From the NCBI GenBank assembly GCA_963740355.1, contig CAVUDW010000003.1, positions 1,728,001 to 1,792,000 on the forward strand: a DNA stretch of 64,000 nucleotides, read 5' to 3'. This document shows, piece by piece, positions 41,581 through 51,760 of this stretch. The position numbers and the translations under genes were made by a program. Source of the stretch: an uncultured Gemmatimonadaceae bacterium (GTDB taxonomy: Bacteria > Gemmatimonadota > Gemmatimonadetes > Gemmatimonadales > Gemmatimonadaceae). Position 1 is the first letter of the stretch, and each line of letters starts with the position of its first letter. The notes under the pieces are model-generated. The model was not told the origin of the DNA. It worked only from the letters and a program-made list of their open reading frames with translations, and did not search any database.

Positions 41581-42867
41581 TCAGCCTGTACCGAAGTCGT
41601 AGCCCGGTACGGAGACGCGCGGAATCTGCTGGCCGATCACACGTTCGATCGTGCGCACCATCGCGATTTCGTCCGGCGCCATGAACGTCACGGCGTCGCC
41701 AGACGCAGCGGCGCGGCCCGTGCGGCCGATGCGGTGCACGTAATCTTCGGCTTGCTGCGGCACGTCGTAGTTGATCACGTGCGAGATGCCGTTGATGTCG
41801 AGACCACGCTGTGCGATGTCGGTCGCGACGAGGACGCGGATGCTGCCGTCACGGAACCCTTCGAGCGCCTTGATACGCTGCGCCTGCGTCTTGTCGGCAT
41901 GCATCGCCGTGGCGGCGATGTTGTTCTTCTCGAGGTTGCGCACGACCTTGTCGGCACCATGCTTGGTGCGCGTGAAGACCAGCACCGAATCCATCTCTGG
42001 ACGACGCAGCAGGTGCACCAGCAGGTCCACCTTCTTCTCCGCAGGCACCGGGTACACCGCGTGCGCGACCGTGACTGCGGCACTCGAGCGACGGCCAACC
42101 TGCACCACGATCGGGCGACGCAAGTACTTGCGCGCCAGCGCCTCGACTTCAGGCGGCATCGTGGCACTGAACAACAACGTCTGGCGGTACTTCGGGATCT
42201 GCTCGACCACGCGATTGATCTGCGGCGCGAAACCCATGTCCAGCATGCGATCCGCTTCGTCGAGCACCAGGACTTCGAGATCATCCGGTACCATGTTCTG
42301 CTTCTCGAGATGATCGAGCAGGCGGCCCGGCGTGGCGACCACGATGTCGACGCCGCGACGCAGCGCTGTTTCCTGCGGCTCGTACGGCACACCGCCGAAG
42401 ATCGGGGCCACTTCGATCCCCGTGCCGCGCGCATACTTGCGCACACTTTCCTCGACCTGCAGCGCCAGTTCACGCGTCGGCGTGAGGACCAGGGCGCGGG
42501 TGCGCTTCGGTCCGTCGAGCAACCGGCTGATCAACGGCAGCGTGAACGCGGCCGTCTTGCCCGTGCCCGTCTGTGCGAGGCCGATGATGTCGGAACCACG
42601 GAGCGCCAGCGGGATCGCCTCGCGCTGGATCGGCGTCGGATACTCGTAGCCCGCGGCAATCACTGACGCCAGCAGGCGGGGATCGAGATTCAGCTGTGCG
42701 AACGTGACGCGCGCTTCGTCGGCGGCGATCTGTGCGGCGATCGATTCGGGCGTCGCTTCAACTGCTTCAGGCGCGGTGTTGTGTTCCGCTTCGCTGACCG
42801 TCGTCGGTCCCTCGCCAGCGGGGCGAGCGCGACCGCCACTGCGCGGGCGTCGTGTACGTGAATTCAC
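41581..42867 (-). CDS. DEAD-box RNA helicase (RhlE-like)
   Basis: Q motif PTPIQ, AQTGTGKT, PTRELA, TPGRLLD, DEAD, SAT, HRIGRTGR. Motif V reads AQRGLD. Confidence 0.95.
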   Translation of the reverse strand: MNSRTRRPRSGGRARPAGEGPTTVSEAEHNTAPEAVEATPESIAAQIAADEARVTFAQLNLDPRLLASVIAAGYEYPTPIQREAIPLALRGSDIIGLAQTGTGKTAAFTLPLISRLLDGPKRTRALVLTPTRELALQVEESVRKYARGTGIEVAPIFGGVPYEPQETALRRGVDIVVATPGRLLDHLEKQNMVPDDLEVLVLDEADRMLDMGFAPQINRVVEQIPKYRQTLLFSATMPPEVEALARKYLRRPIVVQVGRRSSAAVTVAHAVYPVPAEKKVDLLVHLLRRPEMDSVLVFTRTKHGADKVVRNLEKNNIAATAMHADKTQAQRIKALEGFRDGSIRVLVATDIAQRGLDINGISHVINYDVPQQAEDYVHRIGRTGRAAASGDAVTFMAPDEIAMVRTIERVIGQQIPRVSVPGYDFGTG

Positions 42868-43164
42868 AAGGAGTGGTGTGTTGCTCCCAGGTCGCCTGTT
42901 CGGCTTGCGCCGACCTGTGGAACTGTCTGCAGCGGTCCCGGGGTCCGGTGCCGTCGCGGGTACCGCCCTCGGCCGAAACGGGAAGCGTCGCGGACCGTCT
43001 GGGCGACCACCACGGGTGCACGGAGTGCTCGTCGCGTGGGACGCCGGCGAAGTGACGCGTCAGAGGGACGCGCGCAGCCGGTGAACATTCCGCTCAGGCG
43101 CGAGCGGCCGTTCGAGATGGAACGTACTCAGCCCGGGAGACGACGGATACCCGAGCTCCGAAAC

Positions 43165-44106
43165 TCAGCCGGCCGACGCGCCGACCCGGTCAGCTGTATG
43201 CTCCGGGTCGCCAAGAAACGGTACCAGCAGGTCGAGCGCCCACTGCGGACGCTCCTCGGGAACGACATGGCCCGCACCATGCGCGATGTGCAGCGACGCC
43301 GAATGCAGGCAGCGCGCAAGGGTCGGCACCACCTGCTGCGGCCGCACCACCGGATCGCGATCGCCGAACATCAGCAGCACCGGCTGCGTGACCGTCGCCA
43401 GTTCGGTCGGCGTCCACGGCGTCCAGGTGAAGCTGTGCAGCAACAGCCGCATGGCGTTGAGAAACTCCGGGAACTGCGTCGGCGCCCAGTACTCGTCGAC
43501 TTCCTGTTCGTCCGAAATCCCCGCCTCGCCGCGCGAATGACGCAGCGCAAACTTCACGGCCCACCGCGGAATACGACTCGGCAGCAATGCGCCCGTCAGC
43601 GATGGCGGCAGCAGCTGCGACCAGGATGCACGGTCCACGACACCGAATCCGACCGCGCCGAACAACGCCAGGCTCGTGACGCGCTCCGGGCTGCGGAGCG
43701 CGAGGCCCATCGCAACCGCGCCACCCATCGAGTGCGCCACGATTCGCGCCGACGAGACGCCGATCGCGTCCATCGTCTCTGCCAGATGCTCCACCATCGC
43801 CGCCCGCTCGTACTTCGTGGGATCGTCGGGGCGGTCCGACAGGCCGTGCCCACGCAAGTCGATGGCGATGGCACGCCACCCCGCGGCAGCCAGGGGCCCA
43901 GCGATGTAGCGCCAGGCAAAGGCTGAGCATCCCCAGCCGTGCAGTAGCAGCACCGGCGGGGCGGACGGATCGCCCGTTTCGACGACCCGCACTCGCTCAC
44001 CGCTCGACAGCGACACCCAGGACGCACGTGCGCTGGGATCATGCGCCGGATACATCGCCTCCGCTGCGAGTGGCACGGCACGCTTCGCCGATGGCACACG
44101 CAGCAT
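43165..44106 (-). CDS. Alpha/beta hydrolase
   Basis: LLHGWG, DLRGHGLS, AHSMGG, GDRDPVV, AGHVVPEE. Confidence 0.9.
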   Translation of the reverse strand: MLRVPSAKRAVPLAAEAMYPAHDPSARASWVSLSSGERVRVVETGDPSAPPVLLLHGWGCSAFAWRYIAGPLAAAGWRAIAIDLRGHGLSDRPDDPTKYERAAMVEHLAETMDAIGVSSARIVAHSMGGAVAMGLALRSPERVTSLALFGAVGFGVVDRASWSQLLPPSLTGALLPSRIPRWAVKFALRHSRGEAGISDEQEVDEYWAPTQFPEFLNAMRLLLHSFTWTPWTPTELATVTQPVLLMFGDRDPVVRPQQVVPTLARCLHSASLHIAHGAGHVVPEERPQWALDLLVPFLGDPEHTADRVGASAG

Positions 44107-44121
44107 CAGGCCCTTCCCCGA

Positions 44122-45306
44122 CTAAACGAGATTCAGGTCGCGTCCGATCAGCTTGGCGATCAACGACACGCGCAGCGTCACGTCGCTCCACCGGCGCTCC
44201 CCTTCGGTCGAGGCATCCTCGAGCGGGAACCACCCGATCAGATCCGCTGCCGTCGTCGCCGGCATCGCATCACCCTTCATCGGATGCCACACGCCGTACC
44301 GATCGGCGCTCTCGACGAACCGCTCGAACATCTTGATCCACGGCTCATGGCGACGGAAGACACCGAGGCGGACCATGATCTCCAGCCAATGCAGCGCCGC
44401 CGGCACATCTGCCTCGAGCGCGTTGCGATGCGGCAGACGATCACCGAGAATCGCATTGGGCACTGGCACCAACAACCCGTCGATCTGCTGCACCGGCTCC
44501 TGACGCGGCTCCGGCTGCATCAGGTGCTTGCCCAGCAACTCCATGCCCATGTGGTACTCCGTCCGGAGTTCCGGCATGAACGCCGCCATGCGCAGGAAAC
44601 TCATCGTCGGCGGTGCCGCCTCAGGTGCCAGCACCTGCTTGTTGCCGACGCGCATCCACGGCTTGGCGGCCAACGGCGAGCGGAGATAGTCCATCACCCG
44701 TTGCGTGGCACGAATCGCCGCACCGCGCACCCGCGGGTCGCGCTCGTACCCAGCCTGCGCCAGCAACGCAGCGGCTTCGACACGAATGTTCGCGCGCAGC
44801 CGCTTGGCCAGTTCCTTGTTGCCCTGCGCCGTCTCGGCCAGCTCGTAAAGCATGGTCGGATCTTCGTCCATCGCGAGCAGACGGAAGAGGAACCGGCGCG
44901 AGACCGCCAGCGGCGGCGACTCGCGATCCCACCCGCACTCGAGCAGATGACGGAACGCTGAGAAAGTGGCCGAATGCGGCGCGGCGCCAGGCAGCGGGAA
45001 CAGACGCCCGCCCCACGTGCCATCGAGGCCCATGGTCACGGCACAGCGCAGCGCTGACGCCTGCTGCCATGCCACCGGCTGCGCGTCGTGCGCAGGCTTG
45101 AGCTTGCCTAGCTCGACGATCGCACGGTACTGCACGGCACCAGTGCCTTCACGCATCAGCCAACGCACCGGCACTCGCACAGGCGAGTCCGGCATGTCAG
45201 GAAGGACCGGCTTCGGAGGCGGTAGCGGCGGCGCGACAGGCGCTTCAACCACAGGCGTCAGCGGCGCGGCCGGGAGGCCAGTTTCGAGATCTGGGAGATC
45301 AGTCAC
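44122..45306 (-). CDS. Conserved hypothetical protein (alpha-helical)
   Basis: 394-aa ORF with host-like codon usage, co-oriented with the downstream hydrolase. Confidence 0.7.
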   Translation of the reverse strand: MTDLPDLETGLPAAPLTPVVEAPVAPPLPPPKPVLPDMPDSPVRVPVRWLMREGTGAVQYRAIVELGKLKPAHDAQPVAWQQASALRCAVTMGLDGTWGGRLFPLPGAAPHSATFSAFRHLLECGWDRESPPLAVSRRFLFRLLAMDEDPTMLYELAETAQGNKELAKRLRANIRVEAAALLAQAGYERDPRVRGAAIRATQRVMDYLRSPLAAKPWMRVGNKQVLAPEAAPPTMSFLRMAAFMPELRTEYHMGMELLGKHLMQPEPRQEPVQQIDGLLVPVPNAILGDRLPHRNALEADVPAALHWLEIMVRLGVFRRHEPWIKMFERFVESADRYGVWHPMKGDAMPATTAADLIGWFPLEDASTEGERRWSDVTLRVSLIAKLIGRDLNLV

Positions 45307-45532
45307 AGGAGGGGTGCGGACGGAACACGTTGCGCCACAACAACCTCCAAGCTAGCACAGGGCGCCAATCGCGGCATGGGGGGCGACCGCTTTTTCAGCC
45401 GTTTTGTGCCCTTTCCTCCCCCAAACGGCCCCCAAATCACGGCAGACCAGATTCTTGCGCTTTTATAGCGCAGTTGGCGACGGCACGATCATGGCGTACC
45501 GTTGAACGAATGGAACCACGGTCGAAATCGTA

Positions 45533-46354
45533 GTGCGCGGAGAATTTCTCGACGTTGGCGGAGCACGACTCTACTACTACGCCGCTGGGACGCGCGGCGG
45601 TGGGGAACCGCTCGTGCTCATCCACGGCTTCCCCACCTCATCGCACCTCTGGCAGGAGCTCGTACCGCTCCTCCCAGACGGGCGACGCGTGGTCGTGCTC
45701 GACCTGCTCGGCTACGGCCGAAGTGACCCGCCTGGCGAGCTCACGCTCGACATAAAAGCGCACGCAGATCGCTTGCTCGTCCTGCTCGACCTGCTCGGCA
45801 TCAATCGCGCCTGCCTCATCGGGCACGACGTCGGCGGCGGCATCGCGCAGGCTGCTGCCGTCAAGGCGCCCCATCGCGTCTCACATCTCTGCCTGATCAG
45901 CAGCGTCGCCTTCGACGACTGGCCATCACGAGAGATGAAAATGGCGCGCGCTACACTGCCACTGACGCGCCATCTTCCTGCCACTTGGTTGCTCGGCGTC
46001 CTCAAGACGGAACTTGCGCGTGGCTACGTCGATCCCGACCTCGCCGCACGATCCGTGGAACGCTACGTGAAGAACTTCGCCACGCCGACCGGACGCGATC
46101 TGCTGGTGGCGCACCTCGAAGCACTCGAGAGCGCCGATACCGTCGAAATCGGTGCGCGACTCGGCTCCGTTCCGGCGCCAACCGCGATCATACACGGCGC
46201 CCACGATCCGTTTCTGCCGCTCGCTGCGGCGCGCCGACTCCATCAGGCGATCCGTGGATCAACCCTCGAAGTGATCGAGAACGGCCGTCACTTCCTGCCA
46301 GAGGAATCGCCCGAGCGCGTCGCCGAAATCATCGCGGCGCTGATCGAGAAATAG
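45533..46354 (+). CDS. Alpha/beta hydrolase with Asp nucleophile (epoxide hydrolase/haloalkane dehalogenase-like)
   Basis: HGFPTSS, DLLGYGRS, GHDVGG, GRHFLPEE. Confidence 0.88.
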   Translation: MRGEFLDVGGARLYYYAAGTRGGGEPLVLIHGFPTSSHLWQELVPLLPDGRRVVVLDLLGYGRSDPPGELTLDIKAHADRLLVLLDLLGINRACLIGHDVGGGIAQAAAVKAPHRVSHLCLISSVAFDDWPSREMKMARATLPLTRHLPATWLLGVLKTELARGYVDPDLAARSVERYVKNFATPTGRDLLVAHLEALESADTVEIGARLGSVPAPTAIIHGAHDPFLPLAAARRLHQAIRGSTLEVIENGRHFLPEESPERVAEIIAALIEK

Positions 46355-46360
46355 CCTCGA

Positions 46361-47113
46361 CTACGGGGCGACGTTGACCATCACCGTGGCCGCGATCCGT
46401 CGCGTCGACGGCAACCCCGATGGCAGCGTGCCGGCGAATCCGCGGACGACCAGCGTCTGCACACCACCCGCTGGCAGCGTGACCGACGAGGTCCCGAGAA
46501 CCGTCGTGCGTTCGGCGAGAGGCGTGATCGTGACCGTGTAGGCTCCCGGCGCGACTGTCTGATTGACCTGCGACTTGTAGTCCACACCCGAGAAGGCCGG
46601 CGTCGCCGGCAGCGCGCCTGCGGTCGGTGTCAGGTACACATCCACCGCGCCAGCGTCCGGCGAGGCGTTGATGACGCGCAACCGCGCTTGCCCTGACGCT
46701 GGAGCCGTCAGGTCATCGAGATAGGCAGTGATCCCCGCCGCGGTTGCCCCCACCGTGTCGCGCGCCTGCCCGCCAGCGACGAAGGTCACCGCGGCACCGC
46801 TCTGGACCGTGATGCCCCGGATACTCGCGATCGAGCGCGGTGCATCGGCGCTCGTGCTCGGCGCCGGCTGTGTGGTCACCGTGACGGAGGTACTCGCGAC
46901 GGTGTCGTAGTCCGTTGCAGCGCCGTAGACCACGCCCGTCAACTTCAGGGAGAGTCGAGTGTTCACGCGCACATCGAGCGCGCTCGTATCCGCCACCGCG
47001 TGAACGAAGCGCACCAGGACCCTGGCCTGATTGGGAGCGGCGCTGCCATCGCCCCCGCACGCAGAAAGCAGCGCAGCCGAGACGGCAAGAAACGTGTGGC
47101 GAATCGAATACAT
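46361..47113 (-). CDS. DUF4397 domain lipoprotein
   Basis: Lipobox LSAC and two repeats, VRFVHAVAD and LRVINASPDAGAVDVY. Confidence 0.82.
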   Translation of the reverse strand: MYSIRHTFLAVSAALLSACGGDGSAAPNQARVLVRFVHAVADTSALDVRVNTRLSLKLTGVVYGAATDYDTVASTSVTVTTQPAPSTSADAPRSIASIRGITVQSGAAVTFVAGGQARDTVGATAAGITAYLDDLTAPASGQARLRVINASPDAGAVDVYLTPTAGALPATPAFSGVDYKSQVNQTVAPGAYTVTITPLAERTTVLGTSSVTLPAGGVQTLVVRGFAGTLPSGLPSTRRIAATVMVNVAP

Positions 47114-47134
47114 GTTGTCAGTCAGGAAAACGGA

Positions 47135-49366
47135 TCAGGCGCGGTCTGCCTCTCGCGCGCCTTCCAGAAGGTAGGCCAGGTCTTTCGAGAGCGCACGCGC
47201 CTGCTCGGTGGCCTGCCCCACATCACGCACCGCTGGTGACTCGAGGCCGAGTGAACCGAGGCGCAGGACATCCAGGCGAAGGTTCTGCAGTGCCACCGAG
47301 GCACTCTCCAATTGCCCGCGCAGTGTGCCGCGACGCCCCTCGAGTTCGGACAGCGACTGCCGCTGGCGCAGCAACAGCGCGAGGGTCCGATCGCCATCGG
47401 ACACACCCTGTCGGCGCAGTTCGGCGATGCGTGCATCGAGCGACCCATCGCTGGCCGCACCCATGTCGCGATCCAGCTGGTGCAGTGCGGTGGCCAGTTC
47501 CGACACCCGCGTCACCAGCGCCTCGACCGTCGGGATCACATCCGGCAGAATCGACCGTTCGTCACCACCCAGTCGACCCATCTGCTGACGAATTGCGGTG
47601 CGATCATCCACCGCCAGCCGCAGTCGTTCGCCATGCACGCTCATCACGACGTCCGGCGGTGCCAGCTGCGAAACCTCTTCCTCGCGAAGGCGGAAGGCCG
47701 TGCCTGGGCTGCGCGACGCTTCGCTGTCTCGCCACGTGCCTTTCAACAGATCGCGTCGGCGAAAGCCGAGTCGAACCAGCGGGCGAGCGGCGCGCATACC
47801 GCCGATCAGCGACAGCACCGCGACCGCGCCACCAATGACCATCGGTGGAATCAAGGCCCGGACTTCAAAGGTCGAACCGATGAAGAGAGACACGGCCGAG
47901 ATACCACCTGACACCGCCGCCAACTTGATGCGACTGGCGAAGCGGCGTGCGCGACCCGCGAGGCTGTTGCTGAACAACGACGCCGGCACCGAGCCCTCCA
48001 CCCCTGCGTCACTCACAGCGCGCTTGCTGCGCACCACGTCGAGGAACGAGAGGCCCGCATCACCCAGCGGTCGCCACTTTGCGTTCAATCCCATCAGCAT
48101 GCCGAACGCCGGGAACATGACCCACGCAAAGTGCGGTGACGTCACAGCGTTGACGAAGCCAAGAAAGCCGAGCGTTCCGAAGGTGCTGAAGAATTGCCGA
48201 CGGAAGCTCACCGCTTGCAGCGCGATGCTCGGCGAGTTGGCATTCGCACCGTACACCCACGCCGGTACCGCATTCGCACCTGCCAGTGGGACCGGCGGCC
48301 GTGGCGGCACCGGGAGCGACGACCGCTGCGGCTCGTACGCGCGGGGCGGTTCGTAGGGTCGCGAATGCGGCAGCGGTGCGGGCGGCACCATCGGCGGTCG
48401 CGCCGGTGCGATGCGTGCCAGCTCGTGCGGCCCCGCATCACGCGCCAGGTCGCGAGCGCCGGACAACGACACCGCAGGCACCCCGATTGCCGGCGGGCTC
48501 ATTGGCACAGTGCCGCGCAACGCATCGCTGAATGCCTTGAGCGTTGGCCAGCGATCGACGGGCTTCTTCGACAACGCGCGCTCGATCGCAGTCACCAGCG
48601 GGCGGGGAGCCGTGGTCGCCTTGGCGGCCAGCGGCGGCAACGGTTCGCTCACCTGCTTCAGCATCAGCGCGGGCGTACTGTTGGCGCTGAATGGTGGTGC
48701 GCCGGAGAGCATCTGGTACCCGACCACCGCGAGCGAGTAGAGGTCGGATCGACCATCGACCTCCGACTCGCCCATCGCCTGCTCGGGGCTCATGTACGTC
48801 GGCGTGCCCACCGCCACACCCGTCAGCGTCAACCGACCGTCGCCTTCCGCCGCACGCGCAATCCCGAAGTCGGTCACCAGCACGCGCAGCGAATCCCGCT
48901 CGAGCAGGATGTTGTCAGGCTTGATGTCGCGATGAATGACACCGTGGGCGTGTGCATAGCCGAGTGCGTCCGAGACGTGCTCCAGAATGCGCTGCGTCTC
49001 CTGCGACGAGAGCTTGCCTTCGCGCGTCAGGCGCGTGCCCAGCGTTTCGCCTTCGATCAACGCCATCACGATCCAGACCAGCGTGTCCTTTTCCTCGACG
49101 CCGTAGATCGGGACGATGTTCGGATGCGCCAACTGCGCCGCAGTCTGCGCTTCACGCATGAAGCGCTCGCGCACGTTGGCCACGAAGGCCAGCTCCGGCG
49201 GCAGCACCTTGATCGCCACATCCCGACGGAGTCGTGTATCGCGTGCCCGGTACACGACACTCATGCCGCCGCGCCCGAGTTCACCTTCGACCGTGTACGA
49301 CGGCGCGATGGCCGCGGCGAGCCGGTCGCGCAGCGGATCGCCGCTGGTTGGCAGTGGAGCCGTCAT
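47135..49366 (-). CDS. Hanks-type Ser/Thr kinase with TM hairpins and a C-terminal helical domain
   Basis: LGRGGMSVVY, VAIK, HRDIKPDN, DFG, GTPTYMSPE and two hydrophobic hairpins. Confidence 0.92.
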   Translation of the reverse strand: MTAPLPTSGDPLRDRLAAAIAPSYTVEGELGRGGMSVVYRARDTRLRRDVAIKVLPPELAFVANVRERFMREAQTAAQLAHPNIVPIYGVEEKDTLVWIVMALIEGETLGTRLTREGKLSSQETQRILEHVSDALGYAHAHGVIHRDIKPDNILLERDSLRVLVTDFGIARAAEGDGRLTLTGVAVGTPTYMSPEQAMGESEVDGRSDLYSLAVVGYQMLSGAPPFSANSTPALMLKQVSEPLPPLAAKATTAPRPLVTAIERALSKKPVDRWPTLKAFSDALRGTVPMSPPAIGVPAVSLSGARDLARDAGPHELARIAPARPPMVPPAPLPHSRPYEPPRAYEPQRSSLPVPPRPPVPLAGANAVPAWVYGANANSPSIALQAVSFRRQFFSTFGTLGFLGFVNAVTSPHFAWVMFPAFGMLMGLNAKWRPLGDAGLSFLDVVRSKRAVSDAGVEGSVPASLFSNSLAGRARRFASRIKLAAVSGGISAVSLFIGSTFEVRALIPPMVIGGAVAVLSLIGGMRAARPLVRLGFRRRDLLKGTWRDSEASRSPGTAFRLREEEVSQLAPPDVVMSVHGERLRLAVDDRTAIRQQMGRLGGDERSILPDVIPTVEALVTRVSELATALHQLDRDMGAASDGSLDARIAELRRQGVSDGDRTLALLLRQRQSLSELEGRRGTLRGQLESASVALQNLRLDVLRLGSLGLESPAVRDVGQATEQARALSKDLAYLLEGAREADRA

Positions 49367-49385
49367 GGGGCGCCCCGCCCCGCGC

Positions 49386-51371
49386 TCAGCGCGTGCCTGA
49401 CGCGCGCGACTTCGTGCTGCCCACTGCGGCCAGCACGGCGTCCACGTCACGAGCCAGTTCCTGGGCGCGCTCGGCCAGTTGCGTCACATGCACCGTCGAG
49501 CCGGACGACGCACCGGTGCGCAACTTGACGAGGTCGAAGCGAATCGCGCGCAGCGCGGCACGTGCGCGTTCCAGGCGATCCGTCGAGCGCTTGCGACGCT
49601 GCGACTCCGCTTCCGCCTGGCGCCGTTCCCGACGCAGCTTTGCCAGCCGGCGCACGCGCTCCTCGCTCTTCGCTTCGAGCGGGTTGGCCTGCGACTCGAG
49701 CAGTGCGATCTCGGTGTCGAAGCGGGACAGATCCGGCAGCTGAACCGGGTTGCGATCGAGGTCGGCCAACTGCGCCGCCTCGGCACGCACGGCCTCCAGC
49801 AGTTCGTCCGCGTTGGCCACGATGCCGACGGCGATGTTCTTCTCGCTCTTCGGCAACGTATCGTACATGCGCTGGATCTCGGCGCGATCACTGATGCCAT
49901 CGCGCACGGCGTCGTACCACGTGCCGAAGCGCATCTGCTCCGCCGCCGGTGATCCTGCCTGCATGCCCGGCGGCAGCACGCCGCCGCCTTCCGACATCAT
50001 GCGGTCGGTCGCCGAGAAGAGCGAACCACCGCCACCAGACTGCCGGCGAAGGCGTGCCCGTTCACGCACGTTGTGACGCTTGTTCGGATCCCACAGCGCC
50101 GCGACGTCTTCGGCCTTCTCCGACATCACGTCGGCCAGCAGCACTTCGCGATTCTGCTTGAACACATCGCGCCAGTCGTATCCAGCCTGCCAGAGCTTCG
50201 CGTAGCCCATCGCGATACCGATCGACCAGAAAGCCGGCACCACCGTGAGGTCGACGACATTCACGACCTTCAGCACCAGTGCCACACCAGCGAAGGTCAG
50301 GAACGGTGCCAGACCCTTGCGGAACTTCACCACCTGCGGCGCATACCAGCGCGCGACTTCATCCGACGTCGCCGCGGCGTACGGCACCGGCGACGAGGAC
50401 GACTGGTTCGAGCCATTGGCGCCGTCATAGACCCAGGACGGCTGCTGCGCCTGCCCCATCAGCGGTGCTGGCTGACGCTGGGGCGGTTGATACCCTGATG
50501 AAATGCGACCATCGAGCGCAGCCGAGAGTTCGTCAGCCGTCGCGAAACGCGCCGAGGGCTCTTTCTCCAGCAGTCGCATGATGATGCCTGCCAGATCCGG
50601 CGGCGTATCGGGGCGACGCTCGACGATCGGGAGCGGCTTCTCCGACAACTGCTTCACGAGCAACGCTGGCGTGCTGTTCGCCTCGAACGGCAGGCGACCG
50701 GCGAGCATCTGATACCCAAGCGTGCCAAGCGCGTAGAGGTCGGCGCGGCCATCGATCTCGCGATCGCCGGCGCACTGCTCTGGACTCATGTACGCTGGCG
50801 TACCGATCGCGATACCCGTCGCGGTGAGACGCGTCTCGGCGCCATCCTGTACAGCCCGCGCGATACCGAAGTCGGTGACGATCGCACGACCGTCATCCTT
50901 GTCGATCAGGATGTTGTCGGGCTTGATGTCACGATGGATGAACTTGCGTGCGTGTGCGAAGGCGAGCGCGCCGGACACTTCGCGCATGATGCGACGCACC
51001 TCGGCCACTGGCAGCGGGCCGCGCGTCGCCATGCGCTTGCCGAGGTTGTCGCCATCGACGCACGCCATGATGAAGAACACCAGGCCATCCTTCTCATCAA
51101 CCGAGTAGATCGGCACGATGTTCGGATGCGACAGCTGCGCCGCCATCTCCGCTTCACGCAGGAAGCGCGACTTGATCTCGGTCCTGTACGCCAGCTCTGG
51201 CGGCAGGAGCTTCACCGCAACCGTGCGCTTGAGCCGTGTATCGCGAGCGCGATACACAATGCCCATGCCGCCGCGGCCGAGTTCTCCCTCTACCTCGTAT
51301 TGCGGGGCGAGAGCGCGCTCGACACGCGCCAACAGTTCAGTGTCGGCGGTGGCATCTACCGGATCAGGCAC
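49386..51371 (-). CDS. Hanks-type Ser/Thr kinase, paralogue of the downstream kinase
   Basis: LGRGGMGIVY, VAVK, HRDIKPDN, DFG, GTPAYMSPE and one TM hairpin. Start uncertain (51371 or 51419). Confidence 0.92.
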   Translation of the reverse strand: MPDPVDATADTELLARVERALAPQYEVEGELGRGGMGIVYRARDTRLKRTVAVKLLPPELAYRTEIKSRFLREAEMAAQLSHPNIVPIYSVDEKDGLVFFIMACVDGDNLGKRMATRGPLPVAEVRRIMREVSGALAFAHARKFIHRDIKPDNILIDKDDGRAIVTDFGIARAVQDGAETRLTATGIAIGTPAYMSPEQCAGDREIDGRADLYALGTLGYQMLAGRLPFEANSTPALLVKQLSEKPLPIVERRPDTPPDLAGIIMRLLEKEPSARFATADELSAALDGRISSGYQPPQRQPAPLMGQAQQPSWVYDGANGSNQSSSSPVPYAAATSDEVARWYAPQVVKFRKGLAPFLTFAGVALVLKVVNVVDLTVVPAFWSIGIAMGYAKLWQAGYDWRDVFKQNREVLLADVMSEKAEDVAALWDPNKRHNVRERARLRRQSGGGGSLFSATDRMMSEGGGVLPPGMQAGSPAAEQMRFGTWYDAVRDGISDRAEIQRMYDTLPKSEKNIAVGIVANADELLEAVRAEAAQLADLDRNPVQLPDLSRFDTEIALLESQANPLEAKSEERVRRLAKLRRERRQAEAESQRRKRSTDRLERARAALRAIRFDLVKLRTGASSGSTVHVTQLAERAQELARDVDAVLAAVGSTKSRASGTR

Positions 51372-51760
51372 GTGGGGCCGGCGAAAAGGGACAGAATTAC
51401 GATCAGCGTAGGATAGCATCCCGGGACCACCCGTAGGAGGCGTACTCGGGCTCGGCAGACAAACTCGTCCGCGGGCCCGACGGGATTTCTGACAGGACGA
51501 CTGGCCCGCCAACCCGTCGAGGCTGACCAGTTGGCATCCCTTACGCCAGTCAGGCTGGAAAAGTTTGGACCGGGGTGCCGACTTGGCACCCGCAGCTGTG
51601 CCCAGCCCTTGCGACAGTGCCTGGCAGGTGACGCGACCGGCTTCATCGTGGACCGAGACCCTGGCAAGGGTCCCCGGTCTGGCAGAATTCCGCAGGTCGC
51701 GTCCGTATCGTATCTGGGACGGCGTTGCCACGTTCTCCCTGCACCACCTGAGGCCATCCC

